From a virus, in IMG/VR virus record IMGVR_UViG_3300047554_000536, positions 8,497 to 72,496 of that record: 64,000 nucleotides of DNA, one strand, 5' to 3'. Below are positions 17,903 through 29,141 of this stretch, in pieces. The position numbers were made by a program, and so were the translations under genes. Position 1 is the stretch's first letter. Each line of letters begins with the position of its first letter. The notes beneath the pieces were generated by a model that saw only the letters and a program-made list of their open reading frames with translations, was not told the origin of the DNA and made no database searches.

Positions 17903-19207
17903 ATGAATAAGCCAGTTTTACTATTAATGGCACCAGTTGCCACACTATCAGGTTACGGAGCACGATCACGAGACATTGCATACTCAATCATTAAGTCAGA
18001 TAAGTATGATGTTAAGATTTGGAATACCCGTTGGGGAGGAACTCCTATGAATGCTCTAGATCCGAATAACGAAAAACATCAAGCAATCCTAAGCTGTCTT
18101 TTAACAGAGCCACAGCTAGCAAATCAACCTGATGTATTTATTCAAATCACAGTACCAAATGAGTTTCAGCGTTTAGGTAAGTATAATATCGGTATCACAG
18201 CTGGTATTGAAACAACTATTGCAGCAGCTCCTTGGATTGAGGGTTGTAATAGAATGGATTTAGTACTTACGTCATCTGAGCACTCTAAGAAGGTACTAGA
18301 AGAGTCTGTATGGATGCGTCACAATCAACAAACAAAACAACCAGAGGGTGAGTTAAAACTAACAACACCAATTGAAGTGTTGATTGAAGGTGTTGATTTA
18401 GACATCTACAACAGCACCAATAAAATCAACAAGACTGTAGATGATCAGTTGAAAGAGGTAAAGGAAGATTCTGCATTTTTGTTTGTAGGACACTGGTTGC
18501 AGGGAGATTTTGGTGAAGATCGTAAAAACGTATCAGGCTTAATCAGAGTTTTCTTGGAAGCATTTAAAAATAAGATGCCAAAAAACCAACCAGCACTAAT
18601 CTTGAAGACATCGTCTGCCGACTTTAGTCCACTTGATCGTGATGAGATTTGTAACAAGATCAATCAAATCATCAAATCGGTTAAGTCTAGTAACGTACCT
18701 AACGTGTATTTGATACATGGTGATTTGACTGATGAGGAGATGAACTCCCTATACAACCACCCTAAGGTAAAGGCACACATTACGTTTACTAAGGGTGAAG
18801 GTTTTGGTAGACCATTAGCTGAAGCTAGTTTATCACTAAAACCAGTCATTGCACCTAACTGGTCTGGTCATATTGACTTCTTGAAAGAAGCGGTATTACT
18901 TCCTGGTCAGCTAACAAATGTACATCCATCGGCTGCTTGGCAAGACGTAATCTTACAAGAGTCTCAATGGTTTACTGTGGATTATGGTTATGCCGTGAAT
19001 GTTATGCGTGATGTATTTGAAAACCCTAAAAACTATAAAGACGGGTCCAAGAAGCAAGCATACTTTACAAAAACCAACTTTAGCTTAGCCAATATGGATA
19101 AGCAACTTAGCGATCTTATGGAGAAGTACGTTAAGTTTACACCTAGCAATACACCAATTCTAAAAAAGATTGAATTACCAAAACTTAAAAAAGTAGAAAA
19201 TGAATAA
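17903..19207 (+). CDS. GT-B (GT4-like) glycosyltransferase
   Basis: SGYG, DRKN, GEGFGRPLAEA. Confidence 0.85.
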   Translation: MNKPVLLLMAPVATLSGYGARSRDIAYSIIKSDKYDVKIWNTRWGGTPMNALDPNNEKHQAILSCLLTEPQLANQPDVFIQITVPNEFQRLGKYNIGITAGIETTIAAAPWIEGCNRMDLVLTSSEHSKKVLEESVWMRHNQQTKQPEGELKLTTPIEVLIEGVDLDIYNSTNKINKTVDDQLKEVKEDSAFLFVGHWLQGDFGEDRKNVSGLIRVFLEAFKNKMPKNQPALILKTSSADFSPLDRDEICNKINQIIKSVKSSNVPNVYLIHGDLTDEEMNSLYNHPKVKAHITFTKGEGFGRPLAEASLSLKPVIAPNWSGHIDFLKEAVLLPGQLTNVHPSAAWQDVILQESQWFTVDYGYAVNVMRDVFENPKNYKDGSKKQAYFTKTNFSLANMDKQLSDLMEKYVKFTPSNTPILKKIELPKLKKVENE

Positions 19208-19433
19208 TCAACACATCAGGTACAACCTAATTACGCACTCAGCGTATTCGCACACCTTCCTTATCCAGGAACTCACATCACGTAACATAGAGTTTCGTTT
19301 TGAAAAGCTTGAAAATGAAGAATCTTATAGCCGCTTTGAGGTTTATAGTGACTCAGAAGCTTACAAATTGTTGAGAGAGATTGTAGAACTTAATAACGGA
19401 ACATCAATAACTTTGCAATATGGAGCCTATTAA
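19200..19433 (+). CDS. hypothetical protein
   Basis: ORF track, coupled to neighbours. Confidence 0.55.
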   Translation: MNNQHIRYNLITHSAYSHTFLIQELTSRNIEFRFEKLENEESYSRFEVYSDSEAYKLLREIVELNNGTSITLQYGAY

Positions 19434-19890
19434 AGTGGAATGCCCACACTGTGGGTCGCATGAATGTTTTACGGAGGTAGAGCAACTATCTGATGGAACA
19501 GTGGTTGACAGCTCTATGTGTTTAGAGTGTGGTTATACCACAACTACCTTGAATGTTGAAGGATCTGCAGTTGTTCAGCAAATCGAAGAGAGTACTGCTG
19601 AATTAATCAAAGACTTGCGTTGGGTAGATACAAAAACTAATTTGGTGTGGTATCCAATTGTACTCAACTTTCCATCATTCGGTATCATCTTTCCTGATGG
19701 GACTAGTAAAGATAGTTGGGGTTGGAGAGCAGCACCTGCTGTAGAGATTTCGGCTGAGGATCGAGAGAAGTACCCAATCCCAGGTCAACCAGGAGAGTTT
19801 TATACTAAGAGAGTTGATATGGGTCAGGGGCAGTTATTTGCATCCGAAGACTTTTACACAGCTTGTAAATTTTTAGGATTTATACAATAA
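19420..19890 (+). CDS. zinc-ribbon hypothetical protein
   Basis: CPHCG ... CLECGY. Confidence 0.65.
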   Translation: MEPIKVECPHCGSHECFTEVEQLSDGTVVDSSMCLECGYTTTTLNVEGSAVVQQIEESTAELIKDLRWVDTKTNLVWYPIVLNFPSFGIIFPDGTSKDSWGWRAAPAVEISAEDREKYPIPGQPGEFYTKRVDMGQGQLFASEDFYTACKFLGFIQ

Positions 19891-19891
19891 T

Positions 19892-20524
19892 ATGAAGATA
19901 AGTTACGCTATTACGGTTTGCAATGAGTTCGTTGAAATTCAACGACTCATTACATTCTTATTAAAAAATAAAAGACCACAAGATGAGATAGTAGTATTGG
20001 TCGATATGACTAAGAACGAACCAACATCGGAGTTGCTAGGTTACTTACATAGACTGAGTAGCAGTAACTATATCACTCTTTCGGAGCATAATTTCAATAA
20101 CCACTTTGCTGATTGGAAGAACTTGCTTACAAAATCGTGCAAGGGAGATTACATCTTTCAAATTGATGCAGATGAAATACCTAATGAGTTGTTGATTAGT
20201 CATCTTCCTGATGTATTAGAGCTTAATCCAGATAATGAAGTGTATTTAGTGCCTCGTGCCAATACTGTAGAAGGGTTAACTCAAGAGCACATCAATAAGT
20301 GGGGTTGGCATGTAATGGCTAATGGACATATAAACTGGCCAGACTATCAATGGAGGATTTGGAAAAACAAACCTGAGATCAAATGGGTCAATAAAGTCCA
20401 TGAAAAGCTTGAAGGATTTAAGACATACGCAATGCTCCCAGCCGATACACAAGCTTTCTGCTTATATCACCCAAAGACAATCGAGAAACAAGAGAAGCAA
20501 AACGCCTACTACGATACACTATGA
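19892..20524 (+). CDS. GT2 glycosyltransferase
   Basis: ISYAITVCNE, FQIDADE, VHE motifs. Confidence 0.85.
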   Translation: MKISYAITVCNEFVEIQRLITFLLKNKRPQDEIVVLVDMTKNEPTSELLGYLHRLSSSNYITLSEHNFNNHFADWKNLLTKSCKGDYIFQIDADEIPNELLISHLPDVLELNPDNEVYLVPRANTVEGLTQEHINKWGWHVMANGHINWPDYQWRIWKNKPEIKWVNKVHEKLEGFKTYAMLPADTQAFCLYHPKTIEKQEKQNAYYDTL

Positions 20525-21489
20525 AGAAAGCTCTTATCACAGGAATAAATGGACAGGATGGTTCTTACCTATCTGAATTTTTATTGGGTAAGGGTTATGA
20601 GGTGTGGGGAACATTAAAACGAAATTCGGTAGCTGAGAACCAAACGTCAAGATTAGGGGAGTCCTATAATAACGTAAAACTAGTGTATGCTGATTTAACA
20701 GATTTAGCATCACTGATAAAGGTACTATCGACTGTCCAGCCTGACGAGGTATACAACCTTGCAGCACAATCGCATGTTAGAATTAGCTTCGATCAACCTT
20801 TGTACACAGCAAACGCTACTGGCATTGGTGCTCTTAATGTACTAGAGGCTGTTAGATTAGTATCACCACACTCTAAGGTATATCAAGCGAGTAGTTCGGA
20901 AATGTTTGGTAATACAATAGATGCTGATGGGTATCAAAGAGAGACTACTCCTATGAACCCAGTATCACCTTATGGATGCGCAAAAGTGTTTGCCTATAAC
21001 ATAAGCCGAAACTACAGACACTCCTACAATATGTTTGTCTCCAATGGCATATTGTTTAATCATGAATCACCAAGAAGAGGAACAAACTTCGTAACCAATA
21101 AAGTGGTTAAAGAAGCTGTTAAGATTAAGCTAGGTTTATCTAGTGAGTTACGATTGGGTAATCTTAGTGCAACTCGAGATTGGGGACATGCAGAGGATTA
21201 TGTCAAAGCAATGTGGATGATTCTGCAGATAGAACAGCCAGATGATTTTGTGTGTTCGACCGGAGTATCTCATTCAGTTCAAGATTTGTGTGAGTATGTG
21301 TTTGATTATCTCGATCTCAATTGGAGGGAGTATGTGAAAGCTGATGCTAAATTCTTTAGACCTGAGGAGTTGCATAATCTCAAAGGAGATTCTACCAAAC
21401 TGCGTAACGCAACTGGTTGGGTTCCTGAGCATACCTTCGAAACAATGTTAGATGAAATGATTCAATATTGGTTAAACTATTACAAATAA
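20521..21489 (+). CDS. gmd: GDP-mannose 4,6-dehydratase
   Basis: ITGINGQDGSYL, LAAQSHV, YQASSSE, SPYGCAK, FNHESPRRG, RDWGHA. Confidence 0.95.
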   Translation: MKKALITGINGQDGSYLSEFLLGKGYEVWGTLKRNSVAENQTSRLGESYNNVKLVYADLTDLASLIKVLSTVQPDEVYNLAAQSHVRISFDQPLYTANATGIGALNVLEAVRLVSPHSKVYQASSSEMFGNTIDADGYQRETTPMNPVSPYGCAKVFAYNISRNYRHSYNMFVSNGILFNHESPRRGTNFVTNKVVKEAVKIKLGLSSELRLGNLSATRDWGHAEDYVKAMWMILQIEQPDDFVCSTGVSHSVQDLCEYVFDYLDLNWREYVKADAKFFRPEELHNLKGDSTKLRNATGWVPEHTFETMLDEMIQYWLNYYK

Positions 21490-22389
21490 ATGAATATATT
21501 GGTTACGGGAGGTTCAAGTACAGTAGGAAAGCATCTCAAACAAATACTACCACAAGCCACTTTTTTAAGTAGCGCTGATTGTGATTTGACCGATTACAAT
21601 CAAACTCGAGACTATTTTCAGAGCAGCAAACCTGATGTAGTGATACATCTTGCAGCTTTGGTGGGTGGAATTGTTGACAACATACAACGTCCAGTGGACT
21701 ATCTACAGCAAAACCTGCTTATCAATACAAACACAATAAGGGCTAGCTATGAGTGTGGTACTAGAAAGCTAATCGCTCTATCTAGCACCTGCACATACCC
21801 AGATCAAGTAAACTCCTACCCAATGAAGGAGGAAGATATGTTTGCTGGTCCACCTACACCAACAAACTTTGAGTATGCATATGCAAAGAGGTGTATGGTT
21901 GCGTTGATTGAAGCGTACAATAAACAATATGGAATGCAATATTGTTACATCACACCATCCAATTTATACAGTGAGTTAGATACACATAAAGGTGGAAGAG
22001 CTCACTACGTAGCTTCTCTTTTAGATAAGATTATTGAGCAGGATAGCTTAGGTGGTAACAGCATTAAGCTACTCGGCACAGGAAGTCCGTTAAGACAATT
22101 TACTCATGCTGGTGATATTGCTCTAGTGATTAAGACAATGATTGACAATAATGTATGGGTATCTTTTAATGTATCTAATCCAGAAAACTACAGCATTCAT
22201 GAACTAGCACGAATAACTTTAGACGTAAATGGTAAGTCCGATTGGACGATAGATTACTCACAACCTCACATGAATGGTCAAGCTAGAAAGGACGTCAGCA
22301 TTGATAAGTTTTTACAATACTTTCCAGAATTTGTGTTTACAAAATTTGCTGATGGGATAAAAAAAGTGTATATTGATAAAACAAAATAA
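21490..22389 (+). CDS. fcl: GDP-L-fucose synthase / GDP-4-keto-deoxyhexose epimerase-reductase
   Basis: HLAALVGGI, SSTCTYP, YAYAKR, GTGSPLRQF. Confidence 0.85.
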   Translation: MNILVTGGSSTVGKHLKQILPQATFLSSADCDLTDYNQTRDYFQSSKPDVVIHLAALVGGIVDNIQRPVDYLQQNLLINTNTIRASYECGTRKLIALSSTCTYPDQVNSYPMKEEDMFAGPPTPTNFEYAYAKRCMVALIEAYNKQYGMQYCYITPSNLYSELDTHKGGRAHYVASLLDKIIEQDSLGGNSIKLLGTGSPLRQFTHAGDIALVIKTMIDNNVWVSFNVSNPENYSIHELARITLDVNGKSDWTIDYSQPHMNGQARKDVSIDKFLQYFPEFVFTKFADGIKKVYIDKTK

Positions 22390-22393
22390 AGTT

Positions 22394-23740
22394 ATGAACG
22401 ACAAAAAACAAGAGATTTTAAAGGCTGTGCAAGATTATATTGCACAGAAGGATGCGTCCAAAACATGGAAACCTGGAGAAGACTGGATTCAATACTCAGG
22501 TCCCTTTTTCAACAGCAACGAGTATGTTGCAGCTGTAGATACGCTACTTAACGGGTGGTTTATCTTAGGAGAAAAGGGTCGTGAGTTCGAACGTAAGTTT
22601 GCTCCTTACTTAGGTAAAAGTGATGGTGTGATTGTGAACTCAGGTAGTTCAGCAAACCTGATTATGATATCTATGTTGAAGTCTAAACGAGGAGGCGCAC
22701 TTCCAGTTGGCAGTAAGTTCATTACACCAGTAGTATGTTTCCCAACAACAATTAACCCATTGATTCAAAACGGTTTTGAGCCAGTGTTCGTTGATGTTGA
22801 GTTACCAAACCTCAATCTTAACTTGGATCAAGTTGAGAAGCTTTTGGAAGAAGATACCAACAAAGAGATTAAAGGTATCATTTTCGCACACGTATTGGGT
22901 AATCCTCCAAACATGGATCGTCTTATGGCTATTGTAGAGAAGTATAACTTGATCTTCTTAGAGGATTGTTGTGATGCTTTAGGCTCTACATGGGATGGAA
23001 AACCATTAGGATCATTTGGTCAGATTTCAACATGCTCATTCTTCCCAGCACACCACATGACGACTGGAGAAGGTGGTTTTGTGGCAGTAGGTAAGGGTAT
23101 GCATAGATTGTTAGCTGCATCACTTCGTGACTGGGGTCGTGCATGTTATTGCAACACTGCAAAACCTGGAAACGTAACTTGTGGTACGGCATGTGGTATG
23201 CGTATGAATAATTGGTTTAAAGCCTATCCTGAATTAACTTATGATCACCGTTATGTGTTCGAAGAGATTGGATACAACCTCAAACCTACCGAAATGCAAG
23301 CTGCAATTGGTTTATCTCAAATCGAGAAGTTGGATGAGATGCATGGACGACGTAAGGAAAACTTTAAGCGATTGTACAGCATCTTTAAGAAGTATGAGCA
23401 TTGGTTCCACTTACCACAATCGTTAGATAAAGCTGATACTAGTTGGTTTGGATTCCTATTAACTCTGAGAGATGGTGCACCATTCGAAAAGAATGATCTA
23501 GTAGATACTCTTGAAGCAGCTAAGATTCAGACACGATCATACTTCACCGGTAACGCTTTATTTCATCCAGCATATTGCGATCTACCAATGTTTGCTCACT
23601 ATACAGATCCAAAAGGAATGTTCCCAGTGGCTACTAAAACTACAAAAGATACATTCTTCTTAGGGGTTTATCCTGGAATCACTGACGAACAATTAGATTA
23701 CATTGAACAAATTGTTGACAGATTCTTTGAAAACCTATAA
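22394..23740 (+). CDS. RfbH/DdhC-like PLP-dependent NDP-4-keto-6-deoxyhexose 3-dehydratase
   Basis: NSGSSAN, EDCCDALG, SFFPAHHMTTGEGG (His at the Lys position), RDWGRACYC. Confidence 0.85.
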   Translation: MNDKKQEILKAVQDYIAQKDASKTWKPGEDWIQYSGPFFNSNEYVAAVDTLLNGWFILGEKGREFERKFAPYLGKSDGVIVNSGSSANLIMISMLKSKRGGALPVGSKFITPVVCFPTTINPLIQNGFEPVFVDVELPNLNLNLDQVEKLLEEDTNKEIKGIIFAHVLGNPPNMDRLMAIVEKYNLIFLEDCCDALGSTWDGKPLGSFGQISTCSFFPAHHMTTGEGGFVAVGKGMHRLLAASLRDWGRACYCNTAKPGNVTCGTACGMRMNNWFKAYPELTYDHRYVFEEIGYNLKPTEMQAAIGLSQIEKLDEMHGRRKENFKRLYSIFKKYEHWFHLPQSLDKADTSWFGFLLTLRDGAPFEKNDLVDTLEAAKIQTRSYFTGNALFHPAYCDLPMFAHYTDPKGMFPVATKTTKDTFFLGVYPGITDEQLDYIEQIVDRFFENL

Positions 23741-24579
23741 TGAGTTATATCACATTTAAGACGATTGGTGGTGCTGGTGATTTAGGATCACAAATACAGC
23801 AATATGCGTCACTCTATGCTGTGGCAAAGGCTTCTGGGAAGACAATAGTTTTCCCAGAGTCTTCTTTAAAGTTAGACTATGGTTTCAAGTTTGCAAACCT
23901 ACTCGATATACCTATTGAGACTAAACCCGATGACTTCTTCAAGGATTTCATCGATATTAGACCGGATGATCAGCAGATAGTAGACTCTAGTGTGTTTCAA
24001 CTACAACCAAACAAAAACTACAACATAGTTAACAGATTCGATCTATACAAATACTGGCACCCAACCTATGCAGAGGATGTTTTGCAGTGGTCTTGGAATA
24101 AAGATCATGAACAAGCAGCTAAGCGTATGATGGAATCAATTGCACAGCCAGGAAAAGAGTTAGTAGCTATTCATGTTCGTAGAGGTGATTATTTACTACC
24201 ACAGCATGACCATTTTTGTAAATTGAATACAGACTACTATGGTGAGGCTATTAAACCATACATCGATGAGTTAGAGAAGTACCATTTCGTAATCTTCTCA
24301 AATGACATTGAATGGTGTAAGGAGAGTTTGATTGAGGGTGATATGGTTACCTTTGTTGAACCTGGTTTGGATTATGTTGACATGATTGCTATGAGTATGT
24401 GTAATCACTTTATCGTAGCAAATAGTTCGTACAGCTGGTGGGCAGCTTTTAGAAGTAAAAACCCAAACAAAAAGGTGACGTGTCCTATAAACTATCTAAA
24501 GAGTTATAGTCCATGGTCACACATTAATGGAAATTATTATCCATCCGAATGGAATGGAATACACAACAATTCAATATGA
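23740..24579 (+). CDS. GT11 alpha-1,2-fucosyltransferase-like
   Basis: GDLGSQ, HVRRGDY, FSND, ANSSYSWW. Confidence 0.85.
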   Translation: MSYITFKTIGGAGDLGSQIQQYASLYAVAKASGKTIVFPESSLKLDYGFKFANLLDIPIETKPDDFFKDFIDIRPDDQQIVDSSVFQLQPNKNYNIVNRFDLYKYWHPTYAEDVLQWSWNKDHEQAAKRMMESIAQPGKELVAIHVRRGDYLLPQHDHFCKLNTDYYGEAIKPYIDELEKYHFVIFSNDIEWCKESLIEGDMVTFVEPGLDYVDMIAMSMCNHFIVANSSYSWWAAFRSKNPNKKVTCPINYLKSYSPWSHINGNYYPSEWNGIHNNSI

Positions 24580-25544
24580 AGAGAGTAGTTTACGTAACGG
24601 GTTGTCTAGGGTTTATTGGATCCTACATAACGATGAAGTGTTTAGATCGAGGATGGTATGTTAAGGGTGTTGATAAGATTACATACGCATCTAATAAAAA
24701 AATGCTAAAGGTTTTTGAATCACATCCAAATTTCTCATTTGTTCATTGTGATATAAATGACTTGAAGTTTTTGTACGATTGTGACTTTGTAATCAACACA
24801 GCAGCAGAGACTCACGTAGGGAATAGTATTGCTAGCAGTCAGGAGTTTGTGAAGTCTAACGTAGATGGGGTACACAACCTACTAGAGTTGATTAGGAATC
24901 ATAGAGGGGAGAATGCGCAAAAGCCTACACTCATTCATTTCAGTACTGATGAGGTATATGGTGATATCGAGGACGGTGCTCATACAGAGGAGCATCTACT
25001 GAAGCCAAGTAATCCATACTCAGCTACAAAAGCTGCAGCTGATATGTTAATCATGGCTTGGGGTAGAACTCACAAAGTACCTTATATGATTGTTAGACCA
25101 ACTAACAACTACGGTATTGGTCAGTATGTTGAAAAGTTAATCCCAAAAGCGGTTAAGCTATTGAGTTTAGGACGTAAGATTCCACTACACAATAACGGAA
25201 CACCATATCGAAATTGGCTACATGCTAACGATACGGCAGAAGCTATTATCACGTTGATGGAAAAGGGACAAAGTGGTGAGATATACAATATTGCAGGTGG
25301 CTTTGAGCAATCAAACATCGACACAATCAAACAAGTTATTACAGAGTTTGTAGAGATTGTGAATTGGGAAGACTTTCACGGAATCGACCAGTATGTAGAT
25401 TTCACGTACAGTAGACCTGGCCAAGATGTCCGCTATGCATTAGATGATTCTAAACTACGTCAATTAGGTTGGGAGCCTAAGAAGTTGTTTTCTGAAGAAA
25501 TTAGTGGTATAGTAAAGTATTACAAGGAAGGTTATATATGGTAA
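24576..25544 (+). CDS. rfbB: dTDP-glucose 4,6-dehydratase-like
   Basis: TGCLGFIG, AAETHV, FSTDEVYG, PYSATKA, NNYG..Q..EKLIP, RPGQDVRY. Confidence 0.85.
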   Translation: MKRVVYVTGCLGFIGSYITMKCLDRGWYVKGVDKITYASNKKMLKVFESHPNFSFVHCDINDLKFLYDCDFVINTAAETHVGNSIASSQEFVKSNVDGVHNLLELIRNHRGENAQKPTLIHFSTDEVYGDIEDGAHTEEHLLKPSNPYSATKAAADMLIMAWGRTHKVPYMIVRPTNNYGIGQYVEKLIPKAVKLLSLGRKIPLHNNGTPYRNWLHANDTAEAIITLMEKGQSGEIYNIAGGFEQSNIDTIKQVITEFVEIVNWEDFHGIDQYVDFTYSRPGQDVRYALDDSKLRQLGWEPKKLFSEEISGIVKYYKEGYIW

Positions 25545-27289
25545 AAATCAGTGAAGCAATTAAGAACTATCTAGTTGCTAATAAGGTAGAAGTTGTATTC
25601 GGTATAATTGGATCTGCAAACTCACACATATACGATTCCTTAATCGATTGTGAGAGTATAAAGGTCGTTCCAACTCATCATGAGCAAGCTGCTGTAATGG
25701 CAATGGGTGCTTATTATAGAGCTACCGGAAAGCTATCAGCTGCGTTAGTTACAGCTGGAGGAGGATCTTCTAATGCATTCACTGGAATACTATCCAATTG
25801 GGCTGACTCAATTCCAGGTATTATCATATCAGGACAGGAGCAATCCTACTACATTGATGAGTATTCTGATATGCGTATGTATGGTATTCAGGGATACGAT
25901 TCTGTAAAAACCTATGCAGGGCATGTAAAGATGTCTGTGAGGTTAACAAAGGATAATGTCCATGACATCTTACCAAAAGCTTTTGCGGAGACTAAGCAGG
26001 GAAGACCTGGACCAGTATACATCGAAGTTCCGTTCGATACACAGAGCCAATTGGTTGAAGATGTGGTAGTAGATACACCATCACAAGACTATGCTAATGT
26101 ACGCTCAGAAGCGGAGTATATAGTGGAAAGGCTTAATCAAGCAAAACGTCCTTTGGTGTTAGGTGGACATGGTGTTAAGCTATCGGAAGCAGAGGATTTA
26201 TTTAGATCCTTTGTGAGAACTCACAGCCTACCTACAGTGTTAAGCTGGTCAGCGGTAGACCTATTACCGACAAACGATCCACAGAACTTTGGTCGTCCAG
26301 GAGTACAAGGTCAGAGAGCTGCTAATTTTATTGTACAAAATAGTGATTTGATTATAGTATTAGGAAGTCGATTATCTTTGTTGCAGACTGGCTACTCTAG
26401 GAAGGACTTTGCACCTGGTGCAGAGATCATTCATGTGGATATTGATCCAAAAGAGACTAGAAAGTTTAATGGAGCTAACTTCAACATCGATGTTTACAAC
26501 TTACTGTATCAACTAAGAAAGATGCAGTTGAACATTAGTGTCAATGTTCCTGAGTGGGTATCCTATTGCAACACTATTAGGAATCGATATCCATTAGTGA
26601 TGCCAGAGCATCTAGCAGACCCTACAAACTCATACACATTTATTGATCACCTATCCAATCAGTTACCAGATAACTACACAATCGTAACCGATATGGGAAC
26701 AGCTTTACTGAGTGGCTTTTATGGTTTTAATATCAAAGAGAATCAAAAGATGTTCACCTCATTAGGTTTAGGTGAGATGGGGTACGGTCTTGCAGCAGCA
26801 GTTGGTGCTGGTTTTGGAGATAAGCCAGTTCTATGTTTGAATTGTGATGGTGGTATGATGATGAACCTACAAGAGCTTCAGACAATCAAAACACACAACC
26901 TTCCAGTTAAGATTGTCATCTTTAACAATGATGGTTATTTGATGATCAAGCATACACAAAAGATGTTATTCAAAGGTCGTAAGACTTGTGTAGATTCTAA
27001 CACAGGAGTAACTCTTCCAGATTACGAAAAAGTTGCAAAAGCGTTTGATTTTCCGTATTATACAGAAGAGCAGATGGATAGTTTCCTAAGTGATCCAGGA
27101 TGCGGTATTATGGAGGTGTTTATGCATCCAGAGCAAGAGTTTATTCCAAAGGTCAAAGGAATGGTACAACCGGATGGTTCTATTAAAGCAGGATTACTAG
27201 AGGAGATGTCACCATTACTACCATTGGAAAGTGTTGAGCAAGCCATGATTGTAGGAATTAACGAACGAAGTAAACAAGCAGTAAGATGA
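25538..27289 (+). CDS. ThDP-dependent acetolactate-synthase-like carboligase (YerE-like)
   Basis: HHEQAA, GRPGPV, DMG, MGYGL, DGG..MNLQEL, NNDGY; sugar-locus context. Confidence 0.8.
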   Translation: MVKISEAIKNYLVANKVEVVFGIIGSANSHIYDSLIDCESIKVVPTHHEQAAVMAMGAYYRATGKLSAALVTAGGGSSNAFTGILSNWADSIPGIIISGQEQSYYIDEYSDMRMYGIQGYDSVKTYAGHVKMSVRLTKDNVHDILPKAFAETKQGRPGPVYIEVPFDTQSQLVEDVVVDTPSQDYANVRSEAEYIVERLNQAKRPLVLGGHGVKLSEAEDLFRSFVRTHSLPTVLSWSAVDLLPTNDPQNFGRPGVQGQRAANFIVQNSDLIIVLGSRLSLLQTGYSRKDFAPGAEIIHVDIDPKETRKFNGANFNIDVYNLLYQLRKMQLNISVNVPEWVSYCNTIRNRYPLVMPEHLADPTNSYTFIDHLSNQLPDNYTIVTDMGTALLSGFYGFNIKENQKMFTSLGLGEMGYGLAAAVGAGFGDKPVLCLNCDGGMMMNLQELQTIKTHNLPVKIVIFNNDGYLMIKHTQKMLFKGRKTCVDSNTGVTLPDYEKVAKAFDFPYYTEEQMDSFLSDPGCGIMEVFMHPEQEFIPKVKGMVQPDGSIKAGLLEEMSPLLPLESVEQAMIVGINERSKQAVR

Positions 27290-28146
27290 AAATAAAAGTA
27301 GCCATTCTAGGTACCGGAAACATTGGTACCGACTTATTACTAAAAGCCTTGCGATCAGACTTTATCGACGTGGTTGCGTTTGTAGGTCGTAGGTTGGATT
27401 CTGATGGTATGGGTATAGCTAAATCAAAGGGTGTATTCATATCGGATCAGGGTATAGAGTATTTCAAAAGCAATCCTAACTGCTGTGATGTGGTTTACGA
27501 TTGTACTAGTGCAGCAGATGCTAGAGAGCATGCAAAGGTATTCAAAGAGCAGGGTATCAAAGTAGTTGATTTGACCCCAGCTAAGGTAGGTGATATGTGT
27601 GTACCGGATGTGAATGCATCAATGATACTCACTGACGATAATGTGAATATGATTACTTGTGGTGGTCAGGCTTCAATGCCAATGCTACATCTAATAGCTA
27701 AGCGTTGTACTGGATTGGAGTATGTAGAGATTGTATCACAGATCGCATCAAAGAGTGCTGGAATGGCTACGAGAATTAATGTAGACAACTACATTAAGAC
27801 TACACGTAAAGCAATTACAAAATTCACAGGGTGTAAGAATACAAAAGTGATTCTCAATCTTAATCCAGCCGAGCCTTGTGTAGATATGCAAACCACCATA
27901 TTCATCAAGACTAAGGACCTCAACTCCACTGGATTGGTAGAAGAGATTGCTGAGAAGATCGAAGAATTAAAGACCTATATACCACACTACGAATTAGTAC
28001 TTCCACCTACCAAAAATGAGAGCGGAGTAATAGTACTCAGTATCAAGGTTAAGGGAGCAGGCGACTATCTCCCAGAGTATGCAGGAAATTTAGATATCAT
28101 TAACTGTGCTGCCATCAAGGTTACACAAAAACTAGCAGAAGCATGA
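27286..28146 (+). CDS. acylating acetaldehyde dehydrogenase (DmpF/MhpF-like)
   Basis: GTGNIGTDL, DLTPA, NMITCGGQA, GAGDYLPEYAGNLDI. Confidence 0.9.
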   Translation: MKIKVAILGTGNIGTDLLLKALRSDFIDVVAFVGRRLDSDGMGIAKSKGVFISDQGIEYFKSNPNCCDVVYDCTSAADAREHAKVFKEQGIKVVDLTPAKVGDMCVPDVNASMILTDDNVNMITCGGQASMPMLHLIAKRCTGLEYVEIVSQIASKSAGMATRINVDNYIKTTRKAITKFTGCKNTKVILNLNPAEPCVDMQTTIFIKTKDLNSTGLVEEIAEKIEELKTYIPHYELVLPPTKNESGVIVLSIKVKGAGDYLPEYAGNLDIINCAAIKVTQKLAEA

Positions 28147-29141
28147 AAAACATTATCATAACTGATTCAAGTCTACGCGATGGGAATCACAGCGTAAAAC
28201 ATACAATAAGTCTGGATAGTATTGAGAGGTACTGTCAATTTGCAGATCAGGCAGGAATACCAATTGTAGAGGTAGGACATGGTAATGGATTAGCAGCTTC
28301 CTCCTTATTGATTGGAAAGTCTCCAAGCACAGATAAGGAGATGCTTACTACGGCTAGGAAGTATCTGAAGAATTCTAAACTAGGTATCCATACTATTCCA
28401 GGACTATCGACAATTGATGATGCTATGGCTGCTGCAGATTATGGTGTGGATGTGTTCCGCGTAGCCACTCACTGTACTGAAGCAACTCTTTCTAAATCTC
28501 ACATCGAGTATCTAGCAAAAGCAGGTAAAGAGGTTTATGGAGTATTAATGATGAGTGCACTGATCTCTGAAGGAGAGCTTGTAGAGCAAGCTAAGATCAT
28601 GGAGGATTATGGTGCACAAGCGATTATCATTATGGATTCAACCGGTACATATCTTCCTAGTGACGTACAACGTAGAGTAGCGTTTCTTAAAGCCTTTACC
28701 AACGTTAAAATTGGATTCCATGCTCACAACAACTTAGGATGTGCAGTAGCTAATTCGTTAGCTGCAGTTGAGGAGGGTGCAGATATGATTGATGCATGTA
28801 TAAGAGGTTTTGGAGCAGGAGCAGGCAACGCACCACTAGAATTAATACTACCAGTATTTGAAAAGAGTGGTTATGCAACTGGTATTAGTTTTGAAGAAGT
28901 GATTAAGGAAGCTGATCGAGTAATGGATTACCTAGTACCTGAGGCACCAATCACAACACCAATCAATGTATTAACTGGTTTAACCAAGCTGTTCTCAGGA
29001 TTCGAGAAGCCAATCATTAAAGCTTCGAAGCTATATGGTGTAGAATACTCTTCTCTTATCTTTGAATTAGGTAACAGAAAGTTAGTTGCTGGTCAGGAAG
29101 ATTTGATTCTAGAAGTTGCACAAAAGCTAAAGAATAAATGA
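28143..29141 (+). CDS. 4-hydroxy-2-oxovalerate aldolase (DmpG/MhpE-like)
   Basis: LRDGNH, EVGHGNGL, ATHCTEA, GFHAHNNL, GAGAGN, LVAGQED. Confidence 0.9.
   Translation: MKNIIITDSSLRDGNHSVKHTISLDSIERYCQFADQAGIPIVEVGHGNGLAASSLLIGKSPSTDKEMLTTARKYLKNSKLGIHTIPGLSTIDDAMAAADYGVDVFRVATHCTEATLSKSHIEYLAKAGKEVYGVLMMSALISEGELVEQAKIMEDYGAQAIIIMDSTGTYLPSDVQRRVAFLKAFTNVKIGFHAHNNLGCAVANSLAAVEEGADMIDACIRGFGAGAGNAPLELILPVFEKSGYATGISFEEVIKEADRVMDYLVPEAPITTPINVLTGLTKLFSGFEKPIIKASKLYGVEYSSLIFELGNRKLVAGQEDLILEVAQKLKNK

Noticed and set aside
27286-29141. Aromatic-compound catabolism auxiliary genes
   Set aside because: No other meta-cleavage genes; the pair is translationally coupled inside a nucleotide-sugar locus.
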